From NCBI GenBank assembly GCA_964016885.1, contig OZ024743.1, forward strand, positions 375,038,001 through 375,102,000: a stretch of 64,000 nucleotides of DNA, written 5' to 3'. The position numbers were made by a program, and so were the translations under genes. The notes beneath the pieces are model-generated. The model was not told where the DNA came from. It saw only the letters and a list, made by a program, of their open reading frames with translations, and searched no databases. Position 1 is the first letter of the stretch, and the number at the start of each line of letters is the position of its first letter. This document shows positions 10,101-23,799 of the stretch, one piece after another. Source of the stretch: Eledone cirrhosa. Its lineage: Eukaryota.

Positions 10101-12442
10101 GGTTGACCATGCAGGTCACTAATTTGTGGTCTGAATAGCCAACCATGCGCATTTTTGGACAACTTAAAAAGTCCTTATCCTTAATTCTAACTAAGAACCT
10201 ATCTAGGTACGACCTAGATGATCCGCTACGATTTGCCCAAGTCCAGGTTGGCGCAGTCGGAAAATCTAGTCGATATCTATCGGCCAGGTCAAATCGACCG
10301 ATTAACCCTTTGAGGCTATTACACCCCTCTCTATCGGGGCAGGCCCCTACGTAGTCCCAGCGTGCATCTAGGATACCATTCCAGTCCCCCACTAATAGCA
10401 AGGAGCGGGACGTCCCTAGTAAAGTCTCCAGACGATGGAAGAAGTCCGGCCGCATTGACCCGAAAGGGCCGTAGGCGGCTACCAACCTAAACGCTCCGCC
10501 TTTACCACTGCCAAGGTCCAGAACCACTAGTCGACCCTCCGGGTCCAAATGTACCATCTGTGTTGCGAGACCCAGATGTTTTTGCAGCAGAACGACAACT
10601 CCACCCCCACCTCCGGGCTGACAGAGAGATGCGTGCATCTCAAAGTCATCAAAGGTGGGGGCCAGCTGTCGCACGTTGCTGATCCGGGCCTCGCAAATAA
10701 CCATCACATCTATACGTTGTGACCTGATGTCATTTAGAAGCATTGCTTGCTTCCAAGTTGAGCCCAGGCCACGCGCATTTAAACAGCCTACTCTTAGCAT
10801 AGCCATGTTGGTGGTGAAGAGAAAAGGCACTTACCTCTCTGCGTCCCGGGTATCGGGCTGCACAATTTCCATTAGGGTGGGGGATGGGTTGTTGGGTGGG
10901 GTGGTGGTTTGTGGAAGTGTGGGGGCATCAGTGTGTTGTGTGGTTGGGGAGCTTGGAGTTGTGTGGGTGTTTGGGGAGGGGGTGGGATAGTTTTTTAGGA
11001 GGACGAGGTTAATGGGCCCGACGCAGGGGGGACCCACGTCCTCTTTAAAATTGTTTTTTAAAGTTTTATAGGTGTCCTGTGGGGCCTTAATCATTTTGAG
11101 GTGGGGGAAATCCCCTGCCTGGGTGAAGTAAGGCCCTTGTGTTTTTATTAGATTGTTGTTGTACACAATGTTTAACAGTTTTTTGCTTCTTGTATTTATG
11201 TATGTGTATGCATGTTTTTGTTTTTGTGTGGTGTTTTTTGTTTGCTGTTGTTGTGAGCTCTTTTGTGTTGGTGTCAGTGTTATGTTTTGGGGAGGGGTTT
11301 TTTTCATTTGTGTGTCTGAGGTGTGTTTTCTTTTTTTTCTTTTGATTGTGTGGAAGTGCTCCTCCTCGTCTGACGACGAACTAGGGTCATCTTCCGCGTT
11401 GGAGGGGAGGGGTATATTTTCGGGTTGTGTTTGCGGTACGGGTGTTTTGGAAATTGTTTTTGTTTTTTGAGTGGAGGGGATGGGTTGGACATTGTTTTGT
11501 TTTGGTTTGAGCTGTGGTGGTTGTTTTTGTAGTGGTAGTTGTGGTGATTGTGTTGGTTGTGCAGTTGTTGGTGGTGTAGGCAGGATTGGGGTTTTCTTAT
11601 TAAGTTGGGGACAGACAGCCCTCAGGTGACCTCTGGTTCCGCAGAAGTAACACGAGGGCCGTCTACCCTCAACGGTAATGTTGATGAAGGTTAGATCATC
11701 CAGTATGACGCGTTCAGGGATCTGGGCGATCCTTTCGGGCCTCATTTGAACTACAAGTTCGAGGCTCGTTCCACTGAACGCGTCACCCGATGCCTTTCCC
11801 ATGGACACCAGCATGTCATCCTCCAGGTCCAGAAAACCTGTCAAAACCCACCATATGTCCATAATCGGCAGGATGGTGTGGATTTTTATTTTTTGTGTTC
11901 TTCTACCCATGTACGTAGGGTAGAAGGTGTATGCGGTGGATGTGATTGGTTTGATGGACAGTTTCACTGCTGTGTCCCTGTCCTTCATGAGAATGGATAG
12001 ACTCCCGTAGAGTCTATCCTTCTGAATGAAGGTGATGTCCTTCATGACGTCTTTTAAAACCAGCTCTATCTCGCTCTGTGATGGTTGAGCTGGTTTTTTA
12101 CTTTTGTTCGAGATTGTCCTAAACATGACCGTGTTTAGGAGTCTCTGGCTTTTTAGTTCCGGGGGGGGGGGGGGGGGGAATGGATTGTGAATGAACCATT
12201 TTCTCCGTACACTATATATTTTTTCGCATCCGCCAGTAGCTCCTTCGCTTTTGTTATATCTACTGGCAGATAGTCGAGGGTTTTCCTTGTCGTCTCGGCG
12301 AAGGAGAAATGTTGTTTGTTTGTGTTGTTGTTGTCGTTGGTGGTTTGTTGTTATCATTGTTGTTGTTGTCACCGTTATTGGTCTTGTTGTTGTTGTTATT
12401 GTTATTGTTATTGGTGTTGTTTTCGTCCGTCGCATTGTTGTT
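7104..12442 (-). mobile_element. Tx1 copy 2, 5'-truncated within the ORF1 Asn repeat, inactivated
   Basis: Near-identical to copy 1; ORF1 start missing and poly-G expansion at ~12161-12178. Confidence 0.93.
7368..10830 (-). pseudogene. Disrupted ORF2 of Tx1 copy 2
   Basis: 1-bp insertion near 9039 (gccttGagattg vs gccttagattg); nonsense changes at 8505 (TGG>TAG) and 8043 (CAG>TAG). Confidence 0.9.

Positions 12443-12496
<54 letters not shown>
12443..12496. repeat. (GATA)n tract between Tx1 copies 2 and 3
   Basis: Directly visible. Confidence 0.95.
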
Positions 12497-12497
<1 letters not shown>

Positions 12498-13261
12498 TGT
12501 TTCTTTTATTTGCCACTAGGGCATCAAAAGTGGGACAAGTACAAAGGGGAGAGTTTACACAAAAAGGCGTCCTCAATAAGGAGGAGGCAATAACAAAATA
12601 TAAAAATAAAATTTATAACAAAATCCTCAATAGAGAGGAGGCGCCTTGGGGGGTCGCACACACCCCCGAAAAAAGTGTGCAACCCTTCTCCTCAGGAGCA
12701 CAGAGAAGGGGTGCTGCCTTGGTCTTTCATCTTCCTCACGTATAGTCTGATGTAGAGTGAAGGCCCATTCACACGGGCCATTCTCGCCACTTTCACCCAT
12801 CTTTCATAGAAACGGCTGGGGTGCAGCACCTCTCTCTCCATCCTGATCCTTCTTCCGAAATGATATCGGAAGAAACGGACCAGTTGTTGGCCAGAGAGAA
12901 AGGTGCCTGACCTCAGTCCTTTCAGACGCGTCCACCATACAACCTCTTTCGCCATGGCTATTACGCACAGAAACACCGCATCTGCTTCATCTTTGAAGGG
13001 GGGAGGCGGCTTGATCATTACAATAGACTCGGTGGTCAACCGGATCGGTCCCACCCTTGACAGCAGTTGTTCGACATAGCCCCACAGATCGGCTACGCCC
13101 GAGCAGTGTACCAATGCGTGTGCAACGGTTTCCTCGTCGCACACGCATCTGGGACAGATCTTTTTGGCGGGGTCCCTACCCGGGCGCCCGTGTCTGTAGA
13201 GCCTTTCTCGAACGGGTAAAGCTCCTCGGTAGCACTGCCAGGCCAGGGACTTCTGGAAGTT
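12497..13261 (-). mobile_element. Tx1 copy 3, severely 5'-truncated (~765 bp)
   Basis: 3'UTR plus ORF2 Zn-finger tail; ORF2 stop changed TAG>TAC; followed by GATA tract 13261-13290. Confidence 0.92.
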
Positions 13262-13594
13262 AGATAGATAGAGAGATAGATAGATAGATAAAATTGAACT
13301 CGGGACATCAGGATTTGAATCAGGTTGTGTTAGTGTCTGGGTTTAAGAGTGGCGCGTCAGGTGCAACAGGTGCGGCAACGTCACGTGAGCAGAAGTGTAA
13401 AACGAGATATCCTGTTTCTTCATGGAAATGTGTCTGTGAGTGGGCATGTGTCTGTCAATGGACGTGTGTCAGCGAACTCCTGCGAAACACAACATTTCTG
13501 GCCAGAATTTTGGGTTGAGTATGTTTCATGGATTACACAGTTAGACAAGAGTGACGGTCAGGGAAGACCAGCAAGTTAAGCAATTTTACGTTTC

Positions 13595-14057
13595 TCATCT
13601 TCTTCTACTTATTCTTCGCCCACTTATTCCTGAGAGGGTTGTGGGGGAAGAGTCCTCAAACACTCCTTCCAACGGGTCCTGTCAGAAGCAACCGTCTCCA
13701 ACTGATCCAGCAAGATCCCCAAGTGAGACCAGCCAAGCTCATAGATGTTATCCAACCATCTCGCTCGGGGTCTACCCCTGGGTCTCCTGCCAGTTGGTTT
13801 TGCTTATAAAATCTGTCCAGCGATTCTTTCCTGAGACATTCCAACCACTTGTCCTTGGTATTGGAGCTGTGATCGCTCTATTTGGAGAAGTAGCGGCTCT
13901 ACCTGGAGTGACTCTCTGATCTCCGAGCTACACACTCTATAGAGTAACATTACTCCGAAGACCCTTTGGAGGAACTCCATTTCGGCTGCTTGTAATCGCG
14001 TTCGTATTCTTTCGGTCATTACCCAAGATTTATGATCATAGGTAAAGGTTGGCACCT
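13595..14057 (-). mobile_element. RTE-clade (Rex3/Expander-like) LINE 3' fragment
   Basis: PTFTYDHKSWVMTERIRTRLQAAEMEFLQR...VEPLLLQIERSQL, then GRPRARW; 3' end cccccacaaccc...ataagtgggcgaagaa. Confidence 0.8.
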
Positions 14058-14770
14058 ACATATCGCTAACTGTAGAGTATGCATAAGGTAAACTTTCAGC
14101 AAGAAAATTTCGTAGGTTAGAATTGTAGAGCCAAGTTTTATTACTTCAGTTTTATTGGTTATCTTCTTGAGCATAATAGGAATATCATAAACTCTTTTTT
14201 TTTACCCCAATATAGTAGCCAGTATCTAATTATGAAAGCTATGTTTGCAGTGTCTCATTACTTTTGGGATGAATCTGTGTCGATGTATATAGTGAAAAGA
14301 AATGAATTACATGGACTCTGAATAGTTATCCAGTGAAATTAAAATGCAGCAAGGTAAAGTCGTTGGATAATTGTTCTATTCATCCTGAGGCAATGTCAGC
14401 ATATTTCTAAATCATCATTATATTGTGAAGTAAGGGGAGGTGGGACAGAATGGAAGTTTGCCGTAACATATCTTTGATGATGAATAGATATTAGTAGCAT
14501 ACGCTGGATATCAACAGAATTTAGATGACGTCATACCAAATATCATTTCGTCCAATATGATTTGTTCATTTTAGAGATTTAATGAAATCGCAAACCTTAA
14601 CAGTATCTAACTTATTTTATCGAAGCTTTGATTAATTTTTTTAATAAATTGATTTTTTGTTGGGTTTTTTTATGTTTTTTGTGTTTTTATTTTTATTTTT
14701 ACTTGCTACGAAAATGAAAAATACTTGCTAGGAGGTCTTAGATTAACAATATCGCTATCATTACTTGTTG

Positions 14771-14772
<2 letters not shown>

Positions 14773-14832
<60 letters not shown>

Positions 14833-15131
14833 GCTACTTCTACTACTATTACTACTGCTACGTCTACTGCTATCACTACTACTACTACTGCTACTTCTAC
14901 TGGTACTACTACTACTATTACTAGTGCTACTTCTACTACTACTACTACTAATACTACTACTACTACTACTTCTACTGCTACTACTATTATTACTACTGTT
15001 ATTATTGCTAGTACTACTACTACTAAAACTACCATTACTACTACTGTCCTAAATGCTCGTTGTTACCGCCAATACTGATTTTACTCTGACTTGTTGCTAC
15101 TACTACCGTCACAAGTTTCACTTGCTGTTAC

Positions 15132-15194
<63 letters not shown>

Positions 15195-15496
15195 CAGCAG
15201 CAGCAGTAACAGTGGCAGTAGTTGTAGTAATAGTAGTAGTAGTAGTAGCTGAAGAGAGCGAGCGGCAGTAGTGAGAGTAGAGACAGCAGTGGCAGTAGAA
15301 GGTAGCACAAGTTATAACCGTGACAGTGGTAGTAGTAGGAGGAGAAGCTAGTGACGGCGGCAGTAGCAACAAGTCACAATAGTAGTAGTAGTAGTAATAG
15401 TAGTAGTAGTAGTAGCAGTAATTTGAGCTAGTGATGGCAGCGGAACAATAGTAGCAGGAGTTTCAGCTTTTCCTGATAACTCCTGTGTTTATATAC

Positions 15497-15535
<39 letters not shown>
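14773..15535. repeat. (ACT)n / (AGT)n trinucleotide tracts in alternating orientation
   Basis: Directly visible; source of the poly-T/V/L pseudo-ORFs. Confidence 0.9.
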
Positions 15536-15537
<2 letters not shown>

Positions 15538-15827
15538 TCCCTACTCACCATCATCGGCACTGAGTTGGCTACCCGCAAGTATGAGCCTCGCGATCTGGAA
15601 TGATTCTTCCAACACGTTACCCTCACCATCCTACAAGTAAACGCCTTCTCTGCCCTGTCCGCCGGGGCCACGGAGCGGCCATCGCGTGGACCCCCCCCCC
15701 CCCCCCCTCCATTTGCTTATAATAGTGAGAGATGGAGAGAGTGAGAGAGACAGAGGCAATGAACGAAAGAGAGGGAACATCAACACTTATTTACTTATTT
15801 ATTTATATATATTTACCTGTACTTTCT

Positions 15828-15948
15828 TAATAATTGTTTCTACTTTTGGCACAAGGCCAGCAATTAACCAGTACATTACTGGTACTTTATTTTATCGACC
15901 CCGTAAGGATGAAAGGCAAAGCTAACCTCGGCGGGATTTGAACTCAGA
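15828..15948 (-). mobile_element. tRNA-derived SINE, 5'-truncated
   Basis: Reverse of GTTCAAATCC B box, GCCTTTCATCC..GGGGTCGATAAA core and CTGGCCTTGTGCC tail. Confidence 0.8.
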
Positions 15949-16217
15949 TCGATGCCAATAAGATGTAGTCGAAGAATGTGAGTGGCTGTAATTGAGTTTA
16001 GAGGCGGCAGTAGATTGAAGCGGAACTAATGAGAATAGCAATTAATCTCATTAATAGAAGTAATGGGATGGCATACTTGCAGAAATTATGTTGATAACAT
16101 GTCACTCACGGAAATTACCGGAGGTTGTTTGAGTTTTTAAAACGAAGAATTACTAAAAAAACAACGTGGAGTTGTGGTTTCTGCTACTGCCACTACTACC
16201 CAACTCTGCAGCCACCG

Positions 16218-16260
<43 letters not shown>

Positions 16261-16432
16261 CACGTCTAATACTACGCTGGTCATTTAATTACTACTCCCA
16301 CTAATGCCCGAGTCATCTGATGCTTCTACTCCGACTTCATCTTACTCTCAGTATTCCCACTATTCTGATAAACTGCTACTCTCACTTTATCCTATAGACT
16401 CTATAGTTATGGCCACAACTTCAATTTAATCC

Positions 16433-16590
16433 GTGGTGGCGAATTGGCAGAGTGGTTAGAACGTCGGATAGAGTGCTTTACTGTATTCGTTACAGCTCTC
16501 TGTGTCCTCTATGTTCAAATCCCGGCCAAGTCAACTGTGCCTTTCATCCTTCCGAAGTCAATAAAACAAGTATCAGTTCAGTACTGGGGC
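16433..16590 (+). mobile_element. tRNA-derived SINE
   Basis: A box TGGCAGAGTGG, B box GTTCAAATCC, GCCTTTCATCC core (resembles the Meta/MESC SINE domain). Confidence 0.75.
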
Positions 16591-16808
16591 GATTCTTCCT
16601 CTTTTTAATCATATCTCATTGTATAACATACTGCAGACAAATTACATTGTAACTATTAAAGGAAATAAACTTCGTTTAGGGACACAACTCTATGGTAAAG
16701 GACGTGCGTCTACATGTGAGAACACAGATACCTAAATATGGAATGTTACGCGATGTATGTCACTACGGTGCCGCTACCACCCCGTCATGTGTTACGGTTA
16801 CGGGTACA

Positions 16809-16880
16809 TATTGGGTCGTCAAGTATGAAATTTGTAGAAAAAAACAAATTTCTACAAATTTCATACTTGACGACCCAATA
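16809..16880. repeat. Perfect 32-bp inverted repeat with 8-nt loop
   Basis: tattgggtcgtcaagtatgaaatttgtagaaa / tttctacaaatttcatacttgacgacccaata. Confidence 0.9.
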
Positions 16881-17261
16881 CATACTGGAGTCGATTCTTC
16901 CTTCATCTCTCTCTCCTTCTCTCTCCTTCTCTCTCTCTCACTTTCTCTCTCCTCTAGATAAAATCGGTTGTGTTCAGACCTAGAGAAGACATGAGCTCCA
17001 CCCAGTTTAAGTGCCCAAGATACGCTGTATGTCACTACGGTACCCTTATGAGTCCATCATTAGTTACAGGTACATACATGCAACTTGATGCTACTTCTTC
17101 TATTCCAAACTACCATCTCATTACTTCTACTACTTAATGGCTTAATTGCTACTCTCATTATTTTCATTACTTTCACTTCAATCTACTAACTCTAAACTAA
17201 ATTACAGCCACTGCCATTTCTTCGACTACATCCTGTTGGCATTTTTCCGACCATAATTTAA

Positions 17262-17482
17262 GGCAAGGGACTGGCAGAGTCGTTAGAGCGTCAGACAAAA
17301 TTCGTTTTCGACATTTAGTTACGACTGTCTAATTCCTGAGTTCAAATCCCACCGAGGTCAATATTGCTTTTCATACTTCCAGCATCGATAAAATAAAGTA
17401 CCAGTCAACTTTTGGGGTTGATTTAATCAACTTCACCCTCCCCTAAAGTTTGTTGGCGTTGTATCTAAATTAGGAATCAATA
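17262..17482 (+). mobile_element. tRNA-derived SINE, diverged
   Basis: A and B boxes, TCGATAAAATAAAGTACCAG core. Confidence 0.7.
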
Positions 17483-17559
17483 TTTCTAGAAACATCTAAG
17501 GTGGGGAATTGGTAGAAATTGTAGAGCATCGGATAAAGTGTCATTGTGTCTTGGGCATT

Positions 17560-17767
17560 TTAACCCTTTAGCATTTACATTACTCTATATTTACTATTGT
17601 TTTTTTTTCGTGGTAAAGGCTTTACCTCACATAATTATCTCAAATAATATCGAATCTATGAGATTTTGATATTCATTTTCAGAACAATACTTTAACACCA
17701 GTATAAGTGGCCAGTTACAGCCAGTTTGAACAGAAAGTTACGGTCAGTTTAAATGCTAATGGTTTAA
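17560..17767. mobile_element. piggyBac-type MITE inside a SINE
   Basis: TTAA|CCCTTTAGCATTTA ... TAAATGCTAATGGT|TTAA (2 mismatches); SINE head on the left, SINE tail on the right. Confidence 0.65.
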
Positions 17768-18091
17768 ACATTTCCCTTCCCAACAAATCGCTGGCCTTGT
17801 GTCAATATTAGGAAGAACTATTCCGACCGTGACGAGTAGCAATAACAAACTACACGATGAACGAGTGTCTCTGTACGCCGTCACTCAATCTACTAGAAAT
17901 AACAGGCAAATTACCATTAAACGCACAGTATATATTGTAGTTTTGAATTGTGCTGAGATGACAGAATGGTCTTTGATGGAATTCATCTCAAGTCTACTGG
18001 ATAAAGACTAAGAAACTAATTAATTAATTCTACTTGTTGGTGTTGCTGTTGTTGTTTTATGGCACAGTAGTCGTATAAAATATGTTTCTTA

Positions 18092-18300
18092 GGGTGGTGG
18101 ATTGGCAGAATCGGTAGAGCGTCGAACGCCATGCTTTGCAACATAGAGTTACACCCCTTGACGTTCTGAGTTCAAATCCCAGCAAATTTAGGCAAAGATT
18201 AAAGTTGACCTCTGCAGGATTTGAACTCAAAATGTAAAGAGCGACAATAAATAGCACAATGGTATTTTATCTGACGTTTTACCAACTCTGTCAAACCTCC
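18092..18300. mobile_element. Two SINE heads in opposite orientation
   Basis: GGTGGATTGGCAGAATCGG...GTTCAAATCC, then GGATTTGAACTC. Confidence 0.65.
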
Positions 18301-18605
18301 TACGTACACGAGATGTTAAAACGATTAATGATGATACGTTGACGTTGAATGTTAGAAGTTAATAAAAACGCAGTATGACACGGCTTTAAATCAGTTATTT
18401 AACAAGTCTCAGTCAATTAACAGGTGAAAAAATAGTGCAAAACCTCTGAGACTGTTGTTTACTGTCACGTGCTAATTGGCATGGACTTGCATTACAGTTC
18501 ACTAAATTTTCACTTAATGAGCTAGTGAAGAAATCTGTCACCAAATCGCCAGAATACTCTAATCAGCTTTATTGATTTTATTTTGATCTTTCTCTCACAC
18601 ACACA

Positions 18606-18684
<79 letters not shown>

Positions 18685-18775
18685 GCCCTCTAACTATCCC
18701 TCTCTCTCTTACTCTCACTATCTCTCTCTATGAGTAGACTATTTCACACTCACATATGCATACGGACACACACAA

Positions 18776-18873
<98 letters not shown>

Positions 18874-19319
18874 AGAGAGAGGAAGTGGTGGGGAGAATGA
18901 GAAAGAGAAGGAGCGTTAAGTGGAAAATAACTCCCGGGAGTGCACCACGTGCTAACTACACGTACAGCCGAGCCTGCCATATAGGGAGTTGTAAAGGATC
19001 GATTAACAGATTATTCTAGACATTATAGGACAATGACGCCTTCTCAGAGCGCTTTGAATTTAAAAGGAAACAAGGGAGACAATTCGAAGAACATCAGCTA
19101 ATTCAAACTTTTTAGAAACAATAATGCAAACAAATGTGGATCTTGTTTCAAAGTCAACAAAAAACAGAATTTACTTTTGGTTGTATTACATTTGATTTTC
19201 AAAAGTTGGATTATCTGATATCTTACATACAAAAGTTGGATTATCTGATATCTTACATACAAAAGTGTTAGGCTATGCGACCAATTTCAAATGGTATCAA
19301 TATTATTTTGCGTGTCAGA

Positions 19320-20470
19320 AAAAAAATTTGTTTTCATGATAATAGGATTTGGATAAAGAAACGTTGTAATATTCTTTCACAGTTAGTCTGGGAACAATAG
19401 TCTCTGTAGGAATTAGTGAAGACAGAGAATTATATACCATGAAAAGATTATCTACATAATGTGTTCTTCTGTAGAGTATTATACAGAGATGATGGATTGC
19501 GAATCGTCTGATATTTTAATAGATAACAAAAGATTGGCAGAACTTGGAAAGCATTCCGTTGTTTGCTTCAAACATGTAACCGTAAAGTAACAATAAATAC
19601 TAAACTCAAACTAGTTTCCTATCTTTATATGACATTGCAAAATGCCAATGGTTTGGTTTCGGTATTTAGGAAGCAGTTATATAAATAGACTTTTATAATC
19701 ACCTCAAAATTATATATCAGATAATTTAGTTACAAATATCTTCCTATGGACTTCATACATTTCTTACGTGAAGAGGTTTTCCAAACGTAATCTTTCTATT
19801 ATGATGATATTTTATTTATAGGCAAACTTACTTTGTAAAATAGTTATATAAATACTAATAACACTAGAAATATTAATAGAAAACTTTCGATAAACTAGTC
19901 TAATATTCTATATAAATTACAAGTAAGGACTCCTAGGGATAACATAGTTTACAAGCAGATAAAGGACCATTTTCCGGTACTTACAAATGTTATGAAATTA
20001 TTAACAGAAACTCAATAAAAATTTGATATGTTATCACATTTCATATAGGACAATGTTTAGTTAATACGAACAGAACTACATTATATGAGCGTATTTCTAA
20101 ACCAACGTATAACATCTAGTAATTTCATACACCCATTTGAAATCCCACACTAACATATACTACAGAGATCGCGTTTCATGCTAGTGCTAGGACAAACAAC
20201 GCAATAACATTGTATTTAGTCCTCTCTATAAAACCATTCAAATAACGCTATTGGCACTAGTGTATTTCATAATGAAACAATTTTGTCATAATATACATGG
20301 ATATGGAAAATCTAAAACATTAATTTCCATATCAAATTGATATTTCCATATCAACGTGTCGAATAAGTTGTATATAAAAACATATACGATATAAATGGTA
20401 TGCACATCAGAAGCATTTTAGATATGTTTTCTTCTAAAATGCCTCATAGTAAATGAACATTAGGAACACA
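19320..20470 (+). pseudogene. Highly decayed PLE RT/GIY-YIG ORF (YRDD type)
   Basis: VLYRDDGL at 19476-19499; FHDNRIWIKK upstream; KPFK*RY and NETILS*YTW..INFHIK downstream; many stops and frameshifts. Confidence 0.6.
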
Positions 20471-20638
20471 TTAATAACTGTATAAAAACAGAAGCAAAAA
20501 GTTTTAAATCACCTTCCGGATTTTAACCTGCTTATTTTCTTGTTAAATATCAGGTTTGGTTTTGGCTCAATTTTCCGTGACTATATTTTTGTTTTTCATT
20601 TTCATTAACATTCACAAACCTCTCCTGCATTACAGTAT

Positions 20639-20693
<55 letters not shown>

Positions 20694-20755
20694 TTGTGTG
20701 TGTGTGTGTGGGGGGGGGGGGGGTGCGCGCGCGCGCGCGTGTGTGTGTGCGTGTG

Positions 20756-20789
<34 letters not shown>

Positions 20790-21203
20790 CGTCTGTGTGT
20801 GTGTGTGTGTGTGTGTGTGTACATATATATATATGTATGTGTATATATATATATATATAGTATGTAGATAAATCTACCAAAATAAACGGTAGTGTCCAAT
20901 CCGTATGAAGAACTCAATGTAATCCAAATATAGAAGATATTATGAAAAGACAAAATGCATTCAAAATTTAACGATAAAAATCATAGGAAAACAGAGTCAA
21001 GATAAATTAATAAAAACAATGAAATAAAAACAAAGAACAGGTTCCTTATATTAAAAAAAATCATCATTTTACGATCGTTTCTGGGATATATATGTGTATG
21101 TTGATATTAAAGATCTATGTATTTTCTTGTTAAATATCAGGTTGGTTTTGGCTCAATTTTCCATGACTTTTTGTATTAATACTTTCTTTCAATAAACATA
21201 CTT

Positions 21204-21347
21204 CATCATTTCTGAAGATGGCATATATATATGTGAAGGTATGTATATCTCCTCTGATAATTTGTAATATATTTTTTACATAGATCTTTAATATGATATA
21301 CATACCACCATACACATATATATCCCAGAAACGATCGTAAAATGATG
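21204..21347 (+). ncRNA. Type I hammerhead ribozyme with ~110-nt stem II
   Basis: CATCATTT-CTGAAGA-TGG(C)ATATAT...ATATAT(C)CCA-GAAA-CGATC-GTA-AAATGATG; 8-bp stem I; palindromic ACGATCGT stem III. Confidence 0.8.
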
Positions 21348-21405
21348 ATTTTTTTTAAATATAAGGAACCTGTTCTTTGTTTGTATTTCATTGTTTTTAT
21401 TAATT

Positions 21406-21447
<42 letters not shown>

Positions 21448-21450
<3 letters not shown>

Positions 21451-21570
21451 AAAAAGTATATTGAGCTCTGCCGTCGGGGTCATAATTTTTCCTATTACCC
21501 ACTCCACTACCCTAACTATTGAGTACTGTGGTGCGTTATGGTCCATCTGGTTCCTTACCACAATTCCTTC

Positions 21571-21573
<3 letters not shown>
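21448..21573 (-). mobile_element. Short TA-embedded repeat family X, diverged copy
   Basis: Reverse of AACGAAGGAA.TGTGGTAAGGAACCAG; also at 28179, 33231, 38425. Confidence 0.7.
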
Positions 21574-21635
<62 letters not shown>

Positions 21636-22336
21636 GTAGATAAATCTACCAAGAGTTTACGGTAGTGTCCAATCCGTATGAAGAACTCAATGTAATCCGG
21701 ATATCATGGAAAGAAGAGATGCATTCAAAAATCACTTTCGGTGAAAGATAAACGGAATACAGAGTCAAGATAAAGTATTAAAAAAATAATGAATAAAACA
21801 ATGAAACAGTTCCTTATATTAAACAAAAAAAGTTCATTAATTAACGATCGTTTCTAGGACATATATGTGTTAGAATTGGCATGCATATTCAACAGATCTA
21901 TGTACAAAATTATACAAAATTATACAAACTATCAAATCTAATATACATACCAACACATACATATGCCGTCTTCAGAAATAATGAAATATATTTATTGATA
22001 ATAACAACAATTCAAAATTACAGGTCTGTTTGGGAACAGAGTTCAAATTGACCAATGAAATACACAAAAATATATCAAGAAAATACAGTTAGGTGTGTGT
22101 ATATATGTAAGTAACTTCGTTCACAGATATGCATAAAAATATATGTTCACATGCATACGCATGTCGAAAAAATGTATGTAAATACAAAAATTCAGGGCTA
22201 ATGTCTCTGTATGTTTATAATCTACAGATAAAATACACATACGTATATAAACATATATACATTCATATATACACACACATATACGTACATTCACACACAC
22301 ACGCGCATATATACATAAACATACACATACCCACGA

Positions 22337-22388
<52 letters not shown>

Positions 22389-22599
22389 GTATATATTATT
22401 ATTATAACTACATGGATATTAAGGCGCACACATAACCACTGCCACATACATTTTTACATCTATATGCAGAAGTAGGTGAAGGGGGTCAGTAATTACTAAG
22501 GGTGTCAGAGAACTGCCTATTTATAAAATGTATCTATAATTTTAGAAATAAAAAGAAATATATTAAAAAAATAAACAAATAAAATATATACTCATACAT

Positions 22600-23620
<1,021 letters not shown>

Positions 23621-23799
23621 CCACGCTTACAAATACAAATAATTATAGGGGGGGGGGGGATTACAATTATTAGTGGGAAATAGTAAATATAGGTTTCAAG
23701 GAACATAGAATATTAATATGCATTTAGATCATATGTGTTTACATAGTAGTTTCAGTATTAGGAAATGTAAGAAAGAAGGCAAAATTATGCATTTTAATA

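Larger units (their letters stand above)
20530..22000. mobile_element. PLE pLTR-like family in direct and inverted fragments
   Basis: 20860-21120 resembles 21632-21900; 21300-21410 is the inverse of 21005-21100; 20535 resembles 21121. Confidence 0.6.

Noticed and set aside
10831-12576. 581-aa ORF as an intact alternative ORF1
   Set aside because: A chance fusion of copy 3's 3'UTR, the GATA tract and frameshifted copy 2 ORF1.
14340-14570. pogo/Tigger transposase remnant (LDNCSIH)
   Set aside because: Only a single short motif and no TIRs found.
14706-15372. Poly-Thr mucin-like and poly-Leu/Val ORFs
   Set aside because: Trinucleotide repeats open in several frames, with no gene structure.
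16433-16530. tRNA genes at A/B-box sites
   Set aside because: No cloverleaf, and each continues into the SINE core.
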